A stretch of 64,000 bases of DNA, taken from positions 928,001 through 992,000 of the forward strand of contig OY781092.1 of NCBI GenBank assembly GCA_963676615.1, given 5' to 3'. Both the position numbers and the translations under genes were made by a program. This DNA is from Candidatus Cloacimonadota bacterium (GTDB taxonomy: Bacteria; Cloacimonadota; Cloacimonadia; G963667145). Shown piece after piece: positions 50,731 through 61,113 of this stretch (position 1 is its first letter; every line of letters begins with the position of its first letter). A model generated the notes under the pieces. That model had not been told where the DNA came from, searched no databases, and was given only the letters and a program-made list of their open reading frames with translations.

Positions 50731-52101
50731 CTAAACATCAATTTCGTTCTCTTCTTTTTTATCAAGAGGCAAAATCATATTAGCGATGATAGCAGTAACA
50801 CCACCTGTTGTAATAGGCGAGCTAAAGATGCTTTTGATAACAGTTGGGAAGTGATTCATCACCCCTGGCACCATTTGCACACCCAAGCCAAGTCCAAAAG
50901 AAAGCGCCAAAATCATCACGCCTCTTCTGTCCAAACCGTGCTTGGTGATAATCTTGATACCAGAAGACGCAACCGTTCCAAACATAATCAGAGTAGCTCC
51001 ACCCAAAACTGGTTTAGGCATCACTTGGAAAACTCCACCGATAACTGGGAACAATCCCAAAAGCACCAAAAGACCTGCAATGTAAAGCCCCACATAACGA
51101 GAAGCGATACCAGTCAATTGGATGATACCGTTATTTTGACTGAAAGTAGTGTTAGGGAAAGTGTTAAAAACTGAAGCCAAAGCTGAGTTGAAACCGTCAC
51201 CCAATACACCGTCGCCGATTCTCTTGAGATACAAATCGCCTTCTACAGGCTCGCCAGAAACCATACTTGTCGCAGTAAGGTCACCAGTTGACTCGATAAT
51301 CGTGATGATATAAATCAAACCGATAGTAAGGAAAGCCGAAACATCAAAATTGAAGCCGTATTTGAAAGGAATAGGAATGTTAAAAACTGGCAATTGAGCA
51401 ATAGGACTAAAATCGATTCCCACGGTGAAAAGAGCTGTAAAATATCCTACAGCCAAACCGATAACAATCGACGCCATTCTGAGCATTGGTTGTCTTGAGC
51501 GGTTAAAGATAATCACCGTAAATAAAGTCAAAAACGCCAAACCAAGGCTTTCCATAGATGCAAATTGATCTGGGAAGTGATCTTTGATATACTGTCCACC
51601 AGCCATATCGGTAATTCCTACTTGAATAAGACTAAGACCGATAAGAGTCACCACGATACCAGAAACCAGCGGCGTAATCACTGTCCGCAAACGGTGAATA
51701 AACCGACTACCGATCATCTCGATAAACGATCCGAAGAAACAAGCCGTAAAGATTGTAGCAAGAACGAGCTCTACGCCACCACCTTGACCTTTAATCGCAA
51801 AACCTGCGCCCAAAATCGGACCCAAGAAAGCGAAGCTAGTTCCCTGAATACTCAAAAGTCCAGAACCAATAGGTCCAAACTTTTTCACCTGAATGAATGT
51901 GGCAAGACCAGAGACGATAAGCGCCATTCCAATAAGATACGGAACCTCGCTGCCCAGACCAAGCACACTGCCGATGATAATCGTTGGAGTAATAATAGCC
52001 ACGAATACACCCAGCAGGTGCTGAAAAGCAGCCAAAAGAGCTGTAACCGGCGCAGGCCTATCATTCAATCCAAACACCAAATCGGTATTTTTGTTTTCCA
52101 T
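50731..52101 (-). CDS. NCS2 family xanthine permease
   Basis: QH motif in TM1, ESTGD, NAT signature TTFSQNNG (Q-N typical of xanthine transporters). Confidence 0.92.
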   Translation of the reverse strand: MENKNTDLVFGLNDRPAPVTALLAAFQHLLGVFVAIITPTIIIGSVLGLGSEVPYLIGMALIVSGLATFIQVKKFGPIGSGLLSIQGTSFAFLGPILGAGFAIKGQGGGVELVLATIFTACFFGSFIEMIGSRFIHRLRTVITPLVSGIVVTLIGLSLIQVGITDMAGGQYIKDHFPDQFASMESLGLAFLTLFTVIIFNRSRQPMLRMASIVIGLAVGYFTALFTVGIDFSPIAQLPVFNIPIPFKYGFNFDVSAFLTIGLIYIITIIESTGDLTATSMVSGEPVEGDLYLKRIGDGVLGDGFNSALASVFNTFPNTTFSQNNGIIQLTGIASRYVGLYIAGLLVLLGLFPVIGGVFQVMPKPVLGGATLIMFGTVASSGIKIITKHGLDRRGVMILALSFGLGLGVQMVPGVMNHFPTVIKSIFSSPITTGGVTAIIANMILPLDKKEENEIDV

Positions 52102-52384
52102 TCCCCCTCCTTATTTTTATGTGGAATAAATTATGATACCACGATTGGACATAAACCAAAATCTAGTCAAATAATTTATGCAAAAAATACGCCACACGCA
52201 CTGGCAATCTCCCGCTAACTGTTTAATAATTCAACCAACTAGCACAAAATCCAACAAAATCAAGCGCGAGAGTTATTTTTGGCAAACTATCCCGTAAACC
52301 TTCGGATTTCTTCTGGCGGCAAAAAACCCTTGACTCCTATATGAATAAATAAAAAATAGCTAAAAAAATAAGAGAAGGACGGTT

Positions 52385-53140
52385 ATGAAGATAGTATCAG
52401 TCGTCAATCAAAAAGGTGGAGTGGGCAAAACCACAACTTCGGTAAACCTGTCGGCAGCTTTGGGCGTCTATGAAAAAAAGACTTTGCTTATCGATTTCGA
52501 CCCGCAAGGCAACTCCACTTCTGGCATCGGCATAAACAAAGACAAGGTCAACAGCCAAGTTTACAAAATGCTAATCGGCGAAAAAAGCATCAAATCTTGC
52601 ATCGTCAAATCCAACTACAAAAAATTGGATGTCGTCCCCGCTGACATAAACCTCACTGGAGCCGAAATCGAACTGGTCAAAGAGTATGCACGCGAGCAAA
52701 AGCTAAAAAACGCTCTAGCTCCGATTTTGGACGACTACGAATACATCATCATCGACTGCCCGCCATCGCTTGGACTGCTGACAATAAACGCCCTGACGGC
52801 TAGCACTCATGTAATTTTGCCCATTCAGTGCGAATACTACGCCCTGGAAGGCGTGAGCCAATTGCTAAACACAATTCGCCTGATCCAAAGCAACTTAAAC
52901 CCCAAGCTCGATATTTTGGGCGTGCTCCTGACGATGTATGACAAACGGCTCAACCTGTGCCAGCAAGTCGAAGAAGATGTCAAAAATTATTTCGGCGACA
53001 AAGTTTTCAAATCTTGCATCCACCGCAATGTGAAGCTCAGCGAAGCTCCCAGTTTTGGCAAAACCATCTTCGACTACGAAATCACCTCGCGCGGCGCACA
53101 AGACTATCTGAACTTGGTAAAAGAGGTCGCATCCAGATGA
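52385..53140 (+). CDS. parA: Chromosome partitioning ATPase ParA/Soj
   Basis: NQKGGVGKTT, DFDPQGN, IDCPPSLG, LSEAPSFG. Confidence 0.97.
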   Translation: MKIVSVVNQKGGVGKTTTSVNLSAALGVYEKKTLLIDFDPQGNSTSGIGINKDKVNSQVYKMLIGEKSIKSCIVKSNYKKLDVVPADINLTGAEIELVKEYAREQKLKNALAPILDDYEYIIIDCPPSLGLLTINALTASTHVILPIQCEYYALEGVSQLLNTIRLIQSNLNPKLDILGVLLTMYDKRLNLCQQVEEDVKNYFGDKVFKSCIHRNVKLSEAPSFGKTIFDYEITSRGAQDYLNLVKEVASR

Positions 53141-53997
53141 AAAAAAAACTCGGACGCGGACTAGAAGCGCTCATCAAGCCCGTCGATTTCAAACCAGTTG
53201 ACGAAAAACAAAGCGATACGAAAAGCGAAAATTTCGTAAACGAAGTCCAGACAAAACTGATTTTTCCCAACCGTTATCAGCCTCGGCGACATTTTGATTT
53301 GGAAAAATTGGCTGAACTGCGCGATTCGATTCTCGAAAACGGCATTATTCAACCGCTGATTGTTACCCAGCAAGACGACGAGCATTACGAGCTAATCGCC
53401 GGAGAACGCCGCCTGCAAGCCGCAAAATTGGCTAAGCTGGAAAAGGTGCCAGTCGTTGTGCGAGAGGCGACCAGCCAACAGATGCTGCAACTGGCGATTA
53501 TCGAAAATGTGCAGCGCGAAAACCTCAACCCTATCGAAGAGGCGGAGAGCTATCAGCGCCTGCGCCAAGAGTTCAACTATACTCACGGCGAAATCGCCAC
53601 CGCAATGGGCAAAGACCGCACCACTATCTCCAACTTTTTGCGACTTTTGAGTCTGGAAAATTCCATCAAACAGTTGCTCGTCAAAAACAAAATCAGTATG
53701 GGACACGCCAAAGTTATTATGCAAGCGGAGCCCGAACAGCGAGAAAAAATTGCGCAAACGATTGCCGAAAAAGGTCTCTCGGTGCGTGCCAGCGAATCTT
53801 TGGTAAAATCTTCTGCCACCGTCGCCAAAAACAAGCAAGCCAAAATAGATTTTTCACAAATGGAACAAACGCTGAAAAACAAATACAAAGTTTCCGTGAA
53901 AATACAAGGAACAAGCAGCAAGGGCAAAGTCGTCCTTTCTTATCAGTCGAAAAATCAAAAAGAAGAGCTCCTAAAACTTCTCGCCGATGAAAAATAA
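53137..53997 (+). CDS. parB: Chromosome partitioning protein ParB/Spo0J
   Basis: LGRGLEAL, QPRR.F, IAGERR, IENVQRENL; ATGA overlap with parA. Confidence 0.97.
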   Translation: MKKKLGRGLEALIKPVDFKPVDEKQSDTKSENFVNEVQTKLIFPNRYQPRRHFDLEKLAELRDSILENGIIQPLIVTQQDDEHYELIAGERRLQAAKLAKLEKVPVVVREATSQQMLQLAIIENVQRENLNPIEEAESYQRLRQEFNYTHGEIATAMGKDRTTISNFLRLLSLENSIKQLLVKNKISMGHAKVIMQAEPEQREKIAQTIAEKGLSVRASESLVKSSATVAKNKQAKIDFSQMEQTLKNKYKVSVKIQGTSSKGKVVLSYQSKNQKEELLKLLADEK

Positions 53998-54640
53998 GCA
54001 CTTTGGCATAATTCTCTTCATTTTGATGCTCACTTTTTTGCTGGCCAGTTTTTTTTTGAACTACCATTTGATGAATAGGCTGGAAAAAAGCTCGCAAAAA
54101 ATCAACACTCTTACCAAAAAGCTGGATTCGTATCAGCAAAACTTATTGCAAAACAAAGACTTAAACAACAATCTGAAGCTGGAAAAATTGCGTTTGGCGC
54201 TGGAAAATTATCTGACAGAAAAACCGAAACCCAAAAAATACAAAGGCGAAAATCTGAGCAATCCCCAAAATTTTTATCCCGATATTTTACCTGTAAAAAA
54301 GCCGTTTCGGATCAGCAAAAAATTTAGCGAAAATCACCAAGGGCTAGATTTTGCGGGAAAAAAAGGCTCTCCTGTGCTGGCTAGCGCTGCGGGAATGATC
54401 GAAAAAACTAGCGACGAGACATATTTTGGCAAGTCGATTGTCGTCAATCACCTGAACGGCTTCAAGACGGTTTATGCACACCTGGACTCGATTATTCCAT
54501 CAAAAAACACATTTGTGCAAAAAAATGAGCAAATCGGCACACTGGGAAATTCGGGATACAGCACCAGCCCGCATCTGCACTACGAAATCTGGCAACACGA
54601 AAAAAAAGAAAATCCACAAAATTTTATAAAAGACAATTAA
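53987..54640 (+). CDS. Membrane-anchored M23 family peptidase
   Basis: N-terminal TM, coiled coil, HQGLD, YAHL, PHLHYE. Confidence 0.92.
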   Translation: MKNKHFGIILFILMLTFLLASFFLNYHLMNRLEKSSQKINTLTKKLDSYQQNLLQNKDLNNNLKLEKLRLALENYLTEKPKPKKYKGENLSNPQNFYPDILPVKKPFRISKKFSENHQGLDFAGKKGSPVLASAAGMIEKTSDETYFGKSIVVNHLNGFKTVYAHLDSIIPSKNTFVQKNEQIGTLGNSGYSTSPHLHYEIWQHEKKENPQNFIKDN

Positions 54641-54653
54641 GGAGCAAACTGTT

Positions 54654-55007
54654 ATGATAAAAGAAAAAAATCGGGAAATTGAAGTTTCTTCCATCATCGG
54701 CAAAGACCTGAAAATCAACGGCGACATCAGCGGCGAGAACGGTATCAAAATCGATGGCGATGTCTGCGGCAATATCGTCGGCAAATCTTTGATTTCCATC
54801 ACCACCAGCGGGAAAGTTGAGGGCAACATCGACTGCCACAACTGCATCATCGCTGGCATCGTAAACGGCGGCGTCAACTGCAAAAACACCATCGAAATCA
54901 AAAAAAGCGCCAAAATCACTGGCGACATCAAAGCCATCACCTTGATTGTAGAGCCAGGAGCGACCCTCAACGGCAACTGCACGATGGGCAAAGATGTCAT
55001 CGAGTAA
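54654..55007 (+). CDS. Bactofilin (polymer-forming cytoskeletal protein)
   Basis: Beta-helix repeats I.G.I...; C-terminal GATLNGNC.M. Confidence 0.92.
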   Translation: MIKEKNREIEVSSIIGKDLKINGDISGENGIKIDGDVCGNIVGKSLISITTSGKVEGNIDCHNCIIAGIVNGGVNCKNTIEIKKSAKITGDIKAITLIVEPGATLNGNCTMGKDVIE

Positions 55008-55365
55008 AAAACATTTCATCTACTTGGGCAAAGTCTGCCTGCTGAGCGTAGTGCTGGCTTGCCCGGGAATGCTCTTGCCCTCTGGATTCAGCCTTTTTTT
55101 GGGACTAATAGGAGGGTTATTTTTTTTGCTGGCAATGGGAGTGAGCACAATCATCGCCATCTCCTCGCGTTTTCGCACCAGCAAAGCCGTCCTCATCGGC
55201 TTCGGCGCCCGCTTTTTGTTCGTCGCCCTCTACAGCTACCTGCTCTTTACGCACCTCAAATTGCAAGTCATCGCCTATGGCCTCGGGCTTTTTTTGCCAA
55301 TCGTCAGCCTCTACATCTACGAAGCCTACCTCTTTTGGTTACACCACAACCAGAAAAAATCTTAG
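54994..55365 (+). CDS. Hypothetical 4-TM membrane protein
   Basis: Four hydrophobic helices; overlaps bactofilin stop. Confidence 0.65.
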   Translation: MSSSKKHFIYLGKVCLLSVVLACPGMLLPSGFSLFLGLIGGLFFLLAMGVSTIIAISSRFRTSKAVLIGFGARFLFVALYSYLLFTHLKLQVIAYGLGLFLPIVSLYIYEAYLFWLHHNQKKS

Positions 55366-55405
55366 CTCGATAATTTCGCAACAAGCAAAACACACACAAA
55401 ATTTT

Positions 55406-56326
55406 ATGCAAATCCAAACTCTTTGCCAAAACACCACTTGGCTCGCACCGCTTGCGGGATTCACCGATTTGCCCTATCGCCAAATCGCCAAAGAAAACGG
55501 CGTCGGCGTGCTAACCACCGAAATGGTCAGCGCCGCGGGACTCACCTACAACCCCGCAGCCAGCTTGCCCTATGCGGACACAAAAAACGATAAATCTCCC
55601 ATCGGAATCCAGCTCTTCGGCACTGAGCCAGACCATTTCCAAAAAGCCATTTCGATTTTGCCAAAAACAGATTTTTTGTGCATCAATATGGGATGCCCCG
55701 TGAAAAAAGTGGTCAAAACTGGCGCAGGCTCGGCTCTTATGGACACTCCCGAACTCGCAGCCGAAATCGTTCAGCGCTGCAAAAAACACCTGCCAAAAAA
55801 CACTCCGCTGGTGGTCAAATTTCGCACGGGATTTTCCTCGGAAAACTTTCTGAATTTCGGGCTGCAGATGCAAGAAGCTGGAGCCGACATCCTGATTTTG
55901 CACCCTCGCACCAAAGCGCAGATGTTCACAGGTCACAGCAATTGGTCGCAAATCAAGACGCTGAAAAAAAAATGCCAAGTGCCCGTAATCGGCAACGGCG
56001 ATATTTTTTGCCAAGCTGACATCAAAAAAATGCAAGACGAAACCGCTTGCGACGGCGTGATGATTGGGCGAGGCGCTATCGGCAATCCTTGGATTTTTTC
56101 GGGAAAATCGTCCACAAAAAGCGAAAAACTGGCGACGATTAAAAGGCACTATCATCTCGCGATAGCTCATTATGGGCAAGAAAAAGGCGTCCGCACAATG
56201 CGAGCGCATATCGGCAAATACACCAAAAATCTGCAAGGCGGCAACAAAGCCCGCCAAGCTATCAACGCTCTTATGAATTTGGAAGAGATTTTTTCGGTGC
56301 TGGACGAACTTTTTTTATCCTCTTAA
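55406..56326 (+). CDS. dusB: tRNA-dihydrouridine synthase (DusB-like)
   Basis: LAPLAG, TEMVSA, INMGCP, HPRT, GNGDI, MIGRGA.GNPW. Confidence 0.9.
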   Translation: MQIQTLCQNTTWLAPLAGFTDLPYRQIAKENGVGVLTTEMVSAAGLTYNPAASLPYADTKNDKSPIGIQLFGTEPDHFQKAISILPKTDFLCINMGCPVKKVVKTGAGSALMDTPELAAEIVQRCKKHLPKNTPLVVKFRTGFSSENFLNFGLQMQEAGADILILHPRTKAQMFTGHSNWSQIKTLKKKCQVPVIGNGDIFCQADIKKMQDETACDGVMIGRGAIGNPWIFSGKSSTKSEKLATIKRHYHLAIAHYGQEKGVRTMRAHIGKYTKNLQGGNKARQAINALMNLEEIFSVLDELFLSS

Positions 56327-56350
56327 TCGGGGAAATTTTCTGCTTTTTGA

Positions 56351-56559
56351 ACACCAAAATAGGGACTTATATTTTGCACGAAAAATGGTGACTGGCTTTT
56401 GCTCTTCTTCCCTCATTCCACCAAAAGAGGGAATCCATCTCTAACACAATTCTGAAAAATGAAGTCAGGCGGCTACTTTTAACTTTTACCTAATAACTAA
56501 TAACTGTCTGACACCAAAATAGAGGCTTATCATTTATTGCTTATATTTTGGTGTCAGAC
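56351..56559. repeat. Intergenic mosaic of palindromic modules (locus D)
   Basis: Truncated ACACCAAAATAG..TATTTTG (56351), dRS3-like hairpin plus CTCTAACAC (56412-56460), TAACT repeats, full TCTGACACCAAAATA/TATTTTGGTGTCAGA hairpin (56507-56558). Confidence 0.85.
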
Positions 56560-57653
56560 TAAACTTCCGCCCTGCTGGCGAACCAAAGCCCAATAAAAGT
56601 AAACAAAATATTCGGTCCCCAAGCAGCCCAAAAAGGCGAAAGAACGCCAGTATAACCAAGATTTTGGCTAACTCGCAAAGCCGCCAAATAAACAAAACAA
56701 ACCACCAAGCCGACCAAAAACACAACGCTTCTAGTTTTGCTACGAACAGAAGCTGACGCCATGGGAACGCTAAAAAACAAAATAATAAAATTCGCAAACG
56801 GGAAAGCCAATTTCGTCGCCAAATCGACACGCTCTTCCAAAGATTTTTCGCCCACTTTCTCCTGCCGCTGAATATACTCATTTAGCTCCGAATAGCTCAT
56901 CGCCAGCGGATCTTTGGAAGATTTAACAAAATCGATCGGCTTCACATCCACAATCGGAATAACTTTTTTGTCCTTGAAATACTCCACCTCCGTGGGCATT
57001 CCGTCCTCAAATTTGCGGATATAGCACTTTTTAAAAAGCCACTTATCTCCTTCCCAAACAGCCGATTGCGCCGATATCGTTTGCAGCAAACCGCCCGTTT
57101 TGGGGTCGTATTGCACAATGTCGATATTGTAGAGCTTTTTGCTATAGCCGTCAAAAAAACCGATATTAAAAAACAGGTCGTTCTCGCCTTTATAGTTAAT
57201 GTTGGCGCGGCGCTTGATGTCTTCCATCTTTTCGCCCCGAATTTTGACAATATAAGTGTGCTCGCGCAGCTGAATCGCTTTTGGCAAAACGGCTTCGCCG
57301 ACCCACATCACAAAAAAACTATAAAAAAATCCAAAAATAAAAATGGGCAAAACCATCCGCGCGATGCTGCGTCCAGAAGCCCGAACAGCGATCGACTCGT
57401 TAAATTTCGAGAGCTTATTCATCAAAAACAAACTCGCCAAAAGCACCGCCACAGGCGATGTGAGGATAAAAAGATACGGCATATTGTAGAGAAAATACGA
57501 AAGCGAATCGTAGAGCGTCGCCCCATATTTCATAAACCTCGTCAGGCGGTCAAAAATGCTAATCACCACAAAAAGCACCGAAAAAGACAAACTAATCAGC
57601 ACAAAATTTTTAATGTAAGAGCCCAAAATGTAGCGGTCTAAAATCTTTATCAA
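56559..57653 (-). CDS. lptG: LPS export permease LptG
   Basis: LDRYI, NESIAVRASG.S, KLAFPF, AAWGPN (YjgP/YjgQ family). Confidence 0.88.
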   Translation of the reverse strand: MIKILDRYILGSYIKNFVLISLSFSVLFVVISIFDRLTRFMKYGATLYDSLSYFLYNMPYLFILTSPVAVLLASLFLMNKLSKFNESIAVRASGRSIARMVLPIFIFGFFYSFFVMWVGEAVLPKAIQLREHTYIVKIRGEKMEDIKRRANINYKGENDLFFNIGFFDGYSKKLYNIDIVQYDPKTGGLLQTISAQSAVWEGDKWLFKKCYIRKFEDGMPTEVEYFKDKKVIPIVDVKPIDFVKSSKDPLAMSYSELNEYIQRQEKVGEKSLEERVDLATKLAFPFANFIILFFSVPMASASVRSKTRSVVFLVGLVVCFVYLAALRVSQNLGYTGVLSPFWAAWGPNILFTFIGLWFASRAEV

Positions 57654-58951
57654 ATTTGGCTTCCTTTTGATTTTACTATTTTTTGGAAAAATTTGCGAAC
57701 CTTAAAGCGCACAGAATCGAAAGCGTTGGTGTCGCGTCGAGATTTCCAGGTGAGGAAAATTCCCAAAATAATCAGCACAATATTCGACAGCCACATCGCC
57801 AGCCACGGCGCAACATAGCCGCGGTCTGCCAGTTCTTCGCCTCCCAAAAGCATCGAATGATACAGCACGAATACGACCATACTAAAGCCAAAAGCCGCGC
57901 CAACTCCGCTGCTTTTCGCCATCAAACCCACTGGCACTCCCAAAAACAAAAACACGATGCAAGCAAAAGCCAAAGCGTTCTTCTTGTGAATTTCCACCCA
58001 ATAAGCGTAATTATACTCCCGATGCTTGCGAGACTTACTCTCTTGCTGCAACATCTTGGTCGTCGTGGCATCATACGCTCTGCCATGCTCCATTTTTTCC
58101 AATTTTTGATGATAAATCTCCCGCAGAGAGTCAGCCGTGAGGATAATCTTGGCATTCTCGCCAATTTTTTGCATCATCACTCTCGTGTTCATCTCCCTAT
58201 CGCTGAGCGTGTGCCGCAAATTACTATCGCCCGTGCTCCCGAAGATATTAAAGTTGAAAGTTTTGAACTTCACAACTCTGTAAGTGCTTGGATTTTTAAG
58301 GCTTTTCTCGTGAATTTCGCCATCGTAGAGCTTGGCAATCAAATCGTTGCCGTTATTAGCAAGGTCAATTTCGCCATACTTGGCGCTAACTATCTGAAAA
58401 GTCTCTCGTTGCCCCTTGTTGTAGATAATCACATCGCGCAAATACCGCTCGTCCTTTCCGCCAGCGTAAATCACCAAATCGGAGATGTTTTGATTTTTGT
58501 TAAAAACGCCCGTTTTGATATTGCTAATAGGGTTGCGATACGCAATGTGAATGAGTAAATCACGCGAGTTGTAATTGCTGTCGGGCAAAATTATGTGATT
58601 GAAGTAGAGCATCCCGCACGAAAAAAGTATCACCAAAAGGTAAAGCGGACGAAGCAATCGGTAAACGCTTATTCCACAAGACTTTATCGCCGTTAGTTCA
58701 TTATCGATGGAAAGCTTGCCGAAAGTCATTATCGACGCAAACAAAATCGCCATTGGAATAGTGAGCGCCACCATTGCCGGCAGATTGTAGCCAAACAAGC
58801 TCAACACCGTCATAAACGAGAGTTTTTTTTGAATAATCAGGCTGAGTTTGCTGATAATCATATCGATAAGGAAGAGCGATGTGAACACGCCAAGCGCACC
58901 AATAAACGGCTTAAACGACTCCTTAAGCAGATATCTTTCCAGTATTTTCAT
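57650..58951 (-). CDS. lptF: LPS export permease LptF
   Basis: LERYL, TFGKLS.DNELTAIKSCG, EIHKK, MWLSN. Confidence 0.88.
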   Translation of the reverse strand: MKILERYLLKESFKPFIGALGVFTSLFLIDMIISKLSLIIQKKLSFMTVLSLFGYNLPAMVALTIPMAILFASIMTFGKLSIDNELTAIKSCGISVYRLLRPLYLLVILFSCGMLYFNHIILPDSNYNSRDLLIHIAYRNPISNIKTGVFNKNQNISDLVIYAGGKDERYLRDVIIYNKGQRETFQIVSAKYGEIDLANNGNDLIAKLYDGEIHEKSLKNPSTYRVVKFKTFNFNIFGSTGDSNLRHTLSDREMNTRVMMQKIGENAKIILTADSLREIYHQKLEKMEHGRAYDATTTKMLQQESKSRKHREYNYAYWVEIHKKNALAFACIVFLFLGVPVGLMAKSSGVGAAFGFSMVVFVLYHSMLLGGEELADRGYVAPWLAMWLSNIVLIILGIFLTWKSRRDTNAFDSVRFKVRKFFQKIVKSKGSQI

Positions 58952-58973
58952 CTAAGTTTTTTAAAAAGATTTT

Positions 58974-59744
58974 TTAGTAAGATTTTGCAATTCTAAATCC
59001 GACATTAGATTTTCGCCGCGATGGTCTTGCATAGTTGCGGAAAGCAACTCCCGCTTCTTTTTTGCCAGAAGTAAATCCTCCGCCTCTTATCACTCTATAA
59101 TTTGAGTAGTTTGCGCCCTTAGGATTGTTTGGCATTAGCTTTGCCAATCGATAATAGGTAAGGTCATACCAATCGTTGCACCACTCGTTCACATTGCCTG
59201 TCATATCGTAAATTCCCAAGCTATTCGGAGATTTTTGCCCCACTGGATGCGGCAGAGTGTCGATTATCCAGCCGACATTATCTGCTATCAAACTCCCCGA
59301 ATACTCGTTTCGATTTTTGTCGTTTCCGCCAATAGCCGCCAGCTCCCATTCCGCCTCAGAAGGCAATCTGTAACCAGAAGCGTCGTAGTTGCACTTTATC
59401 ATCTCTCCTTTTTGCAAATCGTAGCACGGAGTCAGCCCCTCTTTTTCGCTCAATTTATTACAAAACAAAACTGCGTCCCACCAACTAACATTAGACACAG
59501 GATAATCGTCGCCATCTACAGGCCAGTCGCGGCGCCCCATTAGGCTATTCCACAATTTTTGCGTCACCTCGTATTTGGAAATGTAAAAACTGTTGACTTT
59601 GACTTTATGCTCTGGGAAAAGATCATCGGTTTGAGCGTTGTCGCCGCGCGTGTAACTATTGCCACGCACCTTCACCATCTGCACTCCCCACAGCAGCGAA
59701 AAACTCACAAAAACCAGCAGAAAAATCAACTTTTTCGTTTTCAT
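58974..59744 (-). CDS. Exported FGE-sulfatase (SUMF1/EgtB/PvdO) domain protein
   Basis: Signal peptide, KYEVTQ, YRLPSEAEWE, YDMTGNVNEWC.DWY, GFR. Confidence 0.9.
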   Translation of the reverse strand: MKTKKLIFLLVFVSFSLLWGVQMVKVRGNSYTRGDNAQTDDLFPEHKVKVNSFYISKYEVTQKLWNSLMGRRDWPVDGDDYPVSNVSWWDAVLFCNKLSEKEGLTPCYDLQKGEMIKCNYDASGYRLPSEAEWELAAIGGNDKNRNEYSGSLIADNVGWIIDTLPHPVGQKSPNSLGIYDMTGNVNEWCNDWYDLTYYRLAKLMPNNPKGANYSNYRVIRGGGFTSGKKEAGVAFRNYARPSRRKSNVGFRIAKSY

Positions 59745-59918
59745 AATAAAAATCCCTTTAAAAAAAATTAAATCAACCGTTTACCTTAAAGATGCAAAAA
59801 GCAAAAACTCACAAAATAAAACGCGATTATAAACTCAAATAAGATTGTGGGCTGTCAACCAAAAATTCCAGAATTTCCACTTTACAACTGCAGGAGATTA
59901 GTTTTGTTTGCGATAATT

Positions 59919-60245
59919 ATGAAAAAAGCGTATTATTCTATCGGCGAGGTCTGCAACCTGTTGGAGTTGCCCGATTACACCGTCCGTTATTGGGAGAGCG
60001 AGTTCAAGCAGCTATCGCCCAGCAAGCTCTCTGGACGCAAACGGCAGTTCACCAAAAAAGATATCAAACTCTTGCAAGAGATAAAATATATGCTCCACAC
60101 GCAAGGCTACACCATCAAAGGCGTGAGAAAAATTTTGAACAATCGCAACAAAAAAGAGGACATCAAACAGGAGTTCGACCGAGCAACTGTGAAAAAACAG
60201 ATCCTCAAAGCAATCCAAGAGATTGAAAATATTATAGCTGAATAA
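59919..60245 (+). CDS. MerR family transcriptional regulator
   Basis: YYSIGEV...YTVRYWESEF..L.P, GYTIKG. Confidence 0.9.
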   Translation: MKKAYYSIGEVCNLLELPDYTVRYWESEFKQLSPSKLSGRKRQFTKKDIKLLQEIKYMLHTQGYTIKGVRKILNNRNKKEDIKQEFDRATVKKQILKAIQEIENIIAE

Positions 60246-60255
60246 AGGACACAAA

Positions 60256-61113
60256 ATGAAGAAATTAAACCTAGTTTTGCCCAAAGGAAGAATTTTTGAT
60301 CAGGTAAAAGATCTGCTCAGCCAAGCTGGCGTCAAGCTCACCCTCAGCGGCAGAGGACTGCGCCCGGCAACGAACAACGAAGATTTAATCGTTAAGATAA
60401 TGAAGCCGCGCAACATCGCCAATCTGCTGGCTTTGGGCAGGCACGACATCGGCTTTAGCGGGGACGACTGGATTTTGGAATCTGGGGTAACCAACGAGCT
60501 GACCACAATTTTGCCTCTGGGATTCAACCCCGTGAATATCGTGGCAGCGATTCCCGACAATCTAACTCTAGAGGGGCTAAAAAAGCGAAAAATCGTTGTC
60601 GTTTCTGAATACGAAAAAATCGCCAAAAGTTGGCTCGACGACCAAGGTTTCGACTACGAATTACTGACGGTGCACGGCGCAACGGAGGTTTATCCGCCCG
60701 AGGACGCGGATATGATCATAGACAACACCTCGACGGGTAACACACTGCGAGACAATAATTTAAAGATTGTTGCCACGCTTATGCAATCTTCGACAAATTT
60801 CGTTGCCACCAAAAGCGCGATGAACGATTCCTGGAAAAGCGAAAAAATTTTGGAGCTGAAAATGCTGTTTGAGGCTATCCTTTTGGGACGCAACAAATCG
60901 ATGATCGAGATGAATATCCCCCTAGAAAAAAAGGAGATTATCGAAAAATTGCCAGCGCTGAAATCGCCAACCGTGATGCCTTTGGCTGGCAATGCTGGCT
61001 TTGCTGTAAAAATCACCATCGACACGCAAGAGGTCGCCTCGCTTCTACCAAAGCTGAAAAAAATGGGCGCTTGCGACATTTTGGAATACAATCTGAACAA
61101 GGTAATCTTATGA
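60256..61113 (+). CDS. hisG: ATP phosphoribosyltransferase (long form)
   Basis: LPKGRI, GATE.YP...AD.IID...TG.TL..N.L, C-terminal regulatory domain (SPTV.PL). Confidence 0.95.
   Translation: MKKLNLVLPKGRIFDQVKDLLSQAGVKLTLSGRGLRPATNNEDLIVKIMKPRNIANLLALGRHDIGFSGDDWILESGVTNELTTILPLGFNPVNIVAAIPDNLTLEGLKKRKIVVVSEYEKIAKSWLDDQGFDYELLTVHGATEVYPPEDADMIIDNTSTGNTLRDNNLKIVATLMQSSTNFVATKSAMNDSWKSEKILELKMLFEAILLGRNKSMIEMNIPLEKKEIIEKLPALKSPTVMPLAGNAGFAVKITIDTQEVASLLPKLKKMGACDILEYNLNKVIL

Noticed and set aside
52102..52384. Purine riboswitch, parS site or oriC between the xanthine permease and parA
   Set aside because: No riboswitch core on the permease strand, no canonical parS palindrome (it would contain ACGT), and no DnaA-box cluster; the one perfect box I noticed (41671-41679) lies inside cstA
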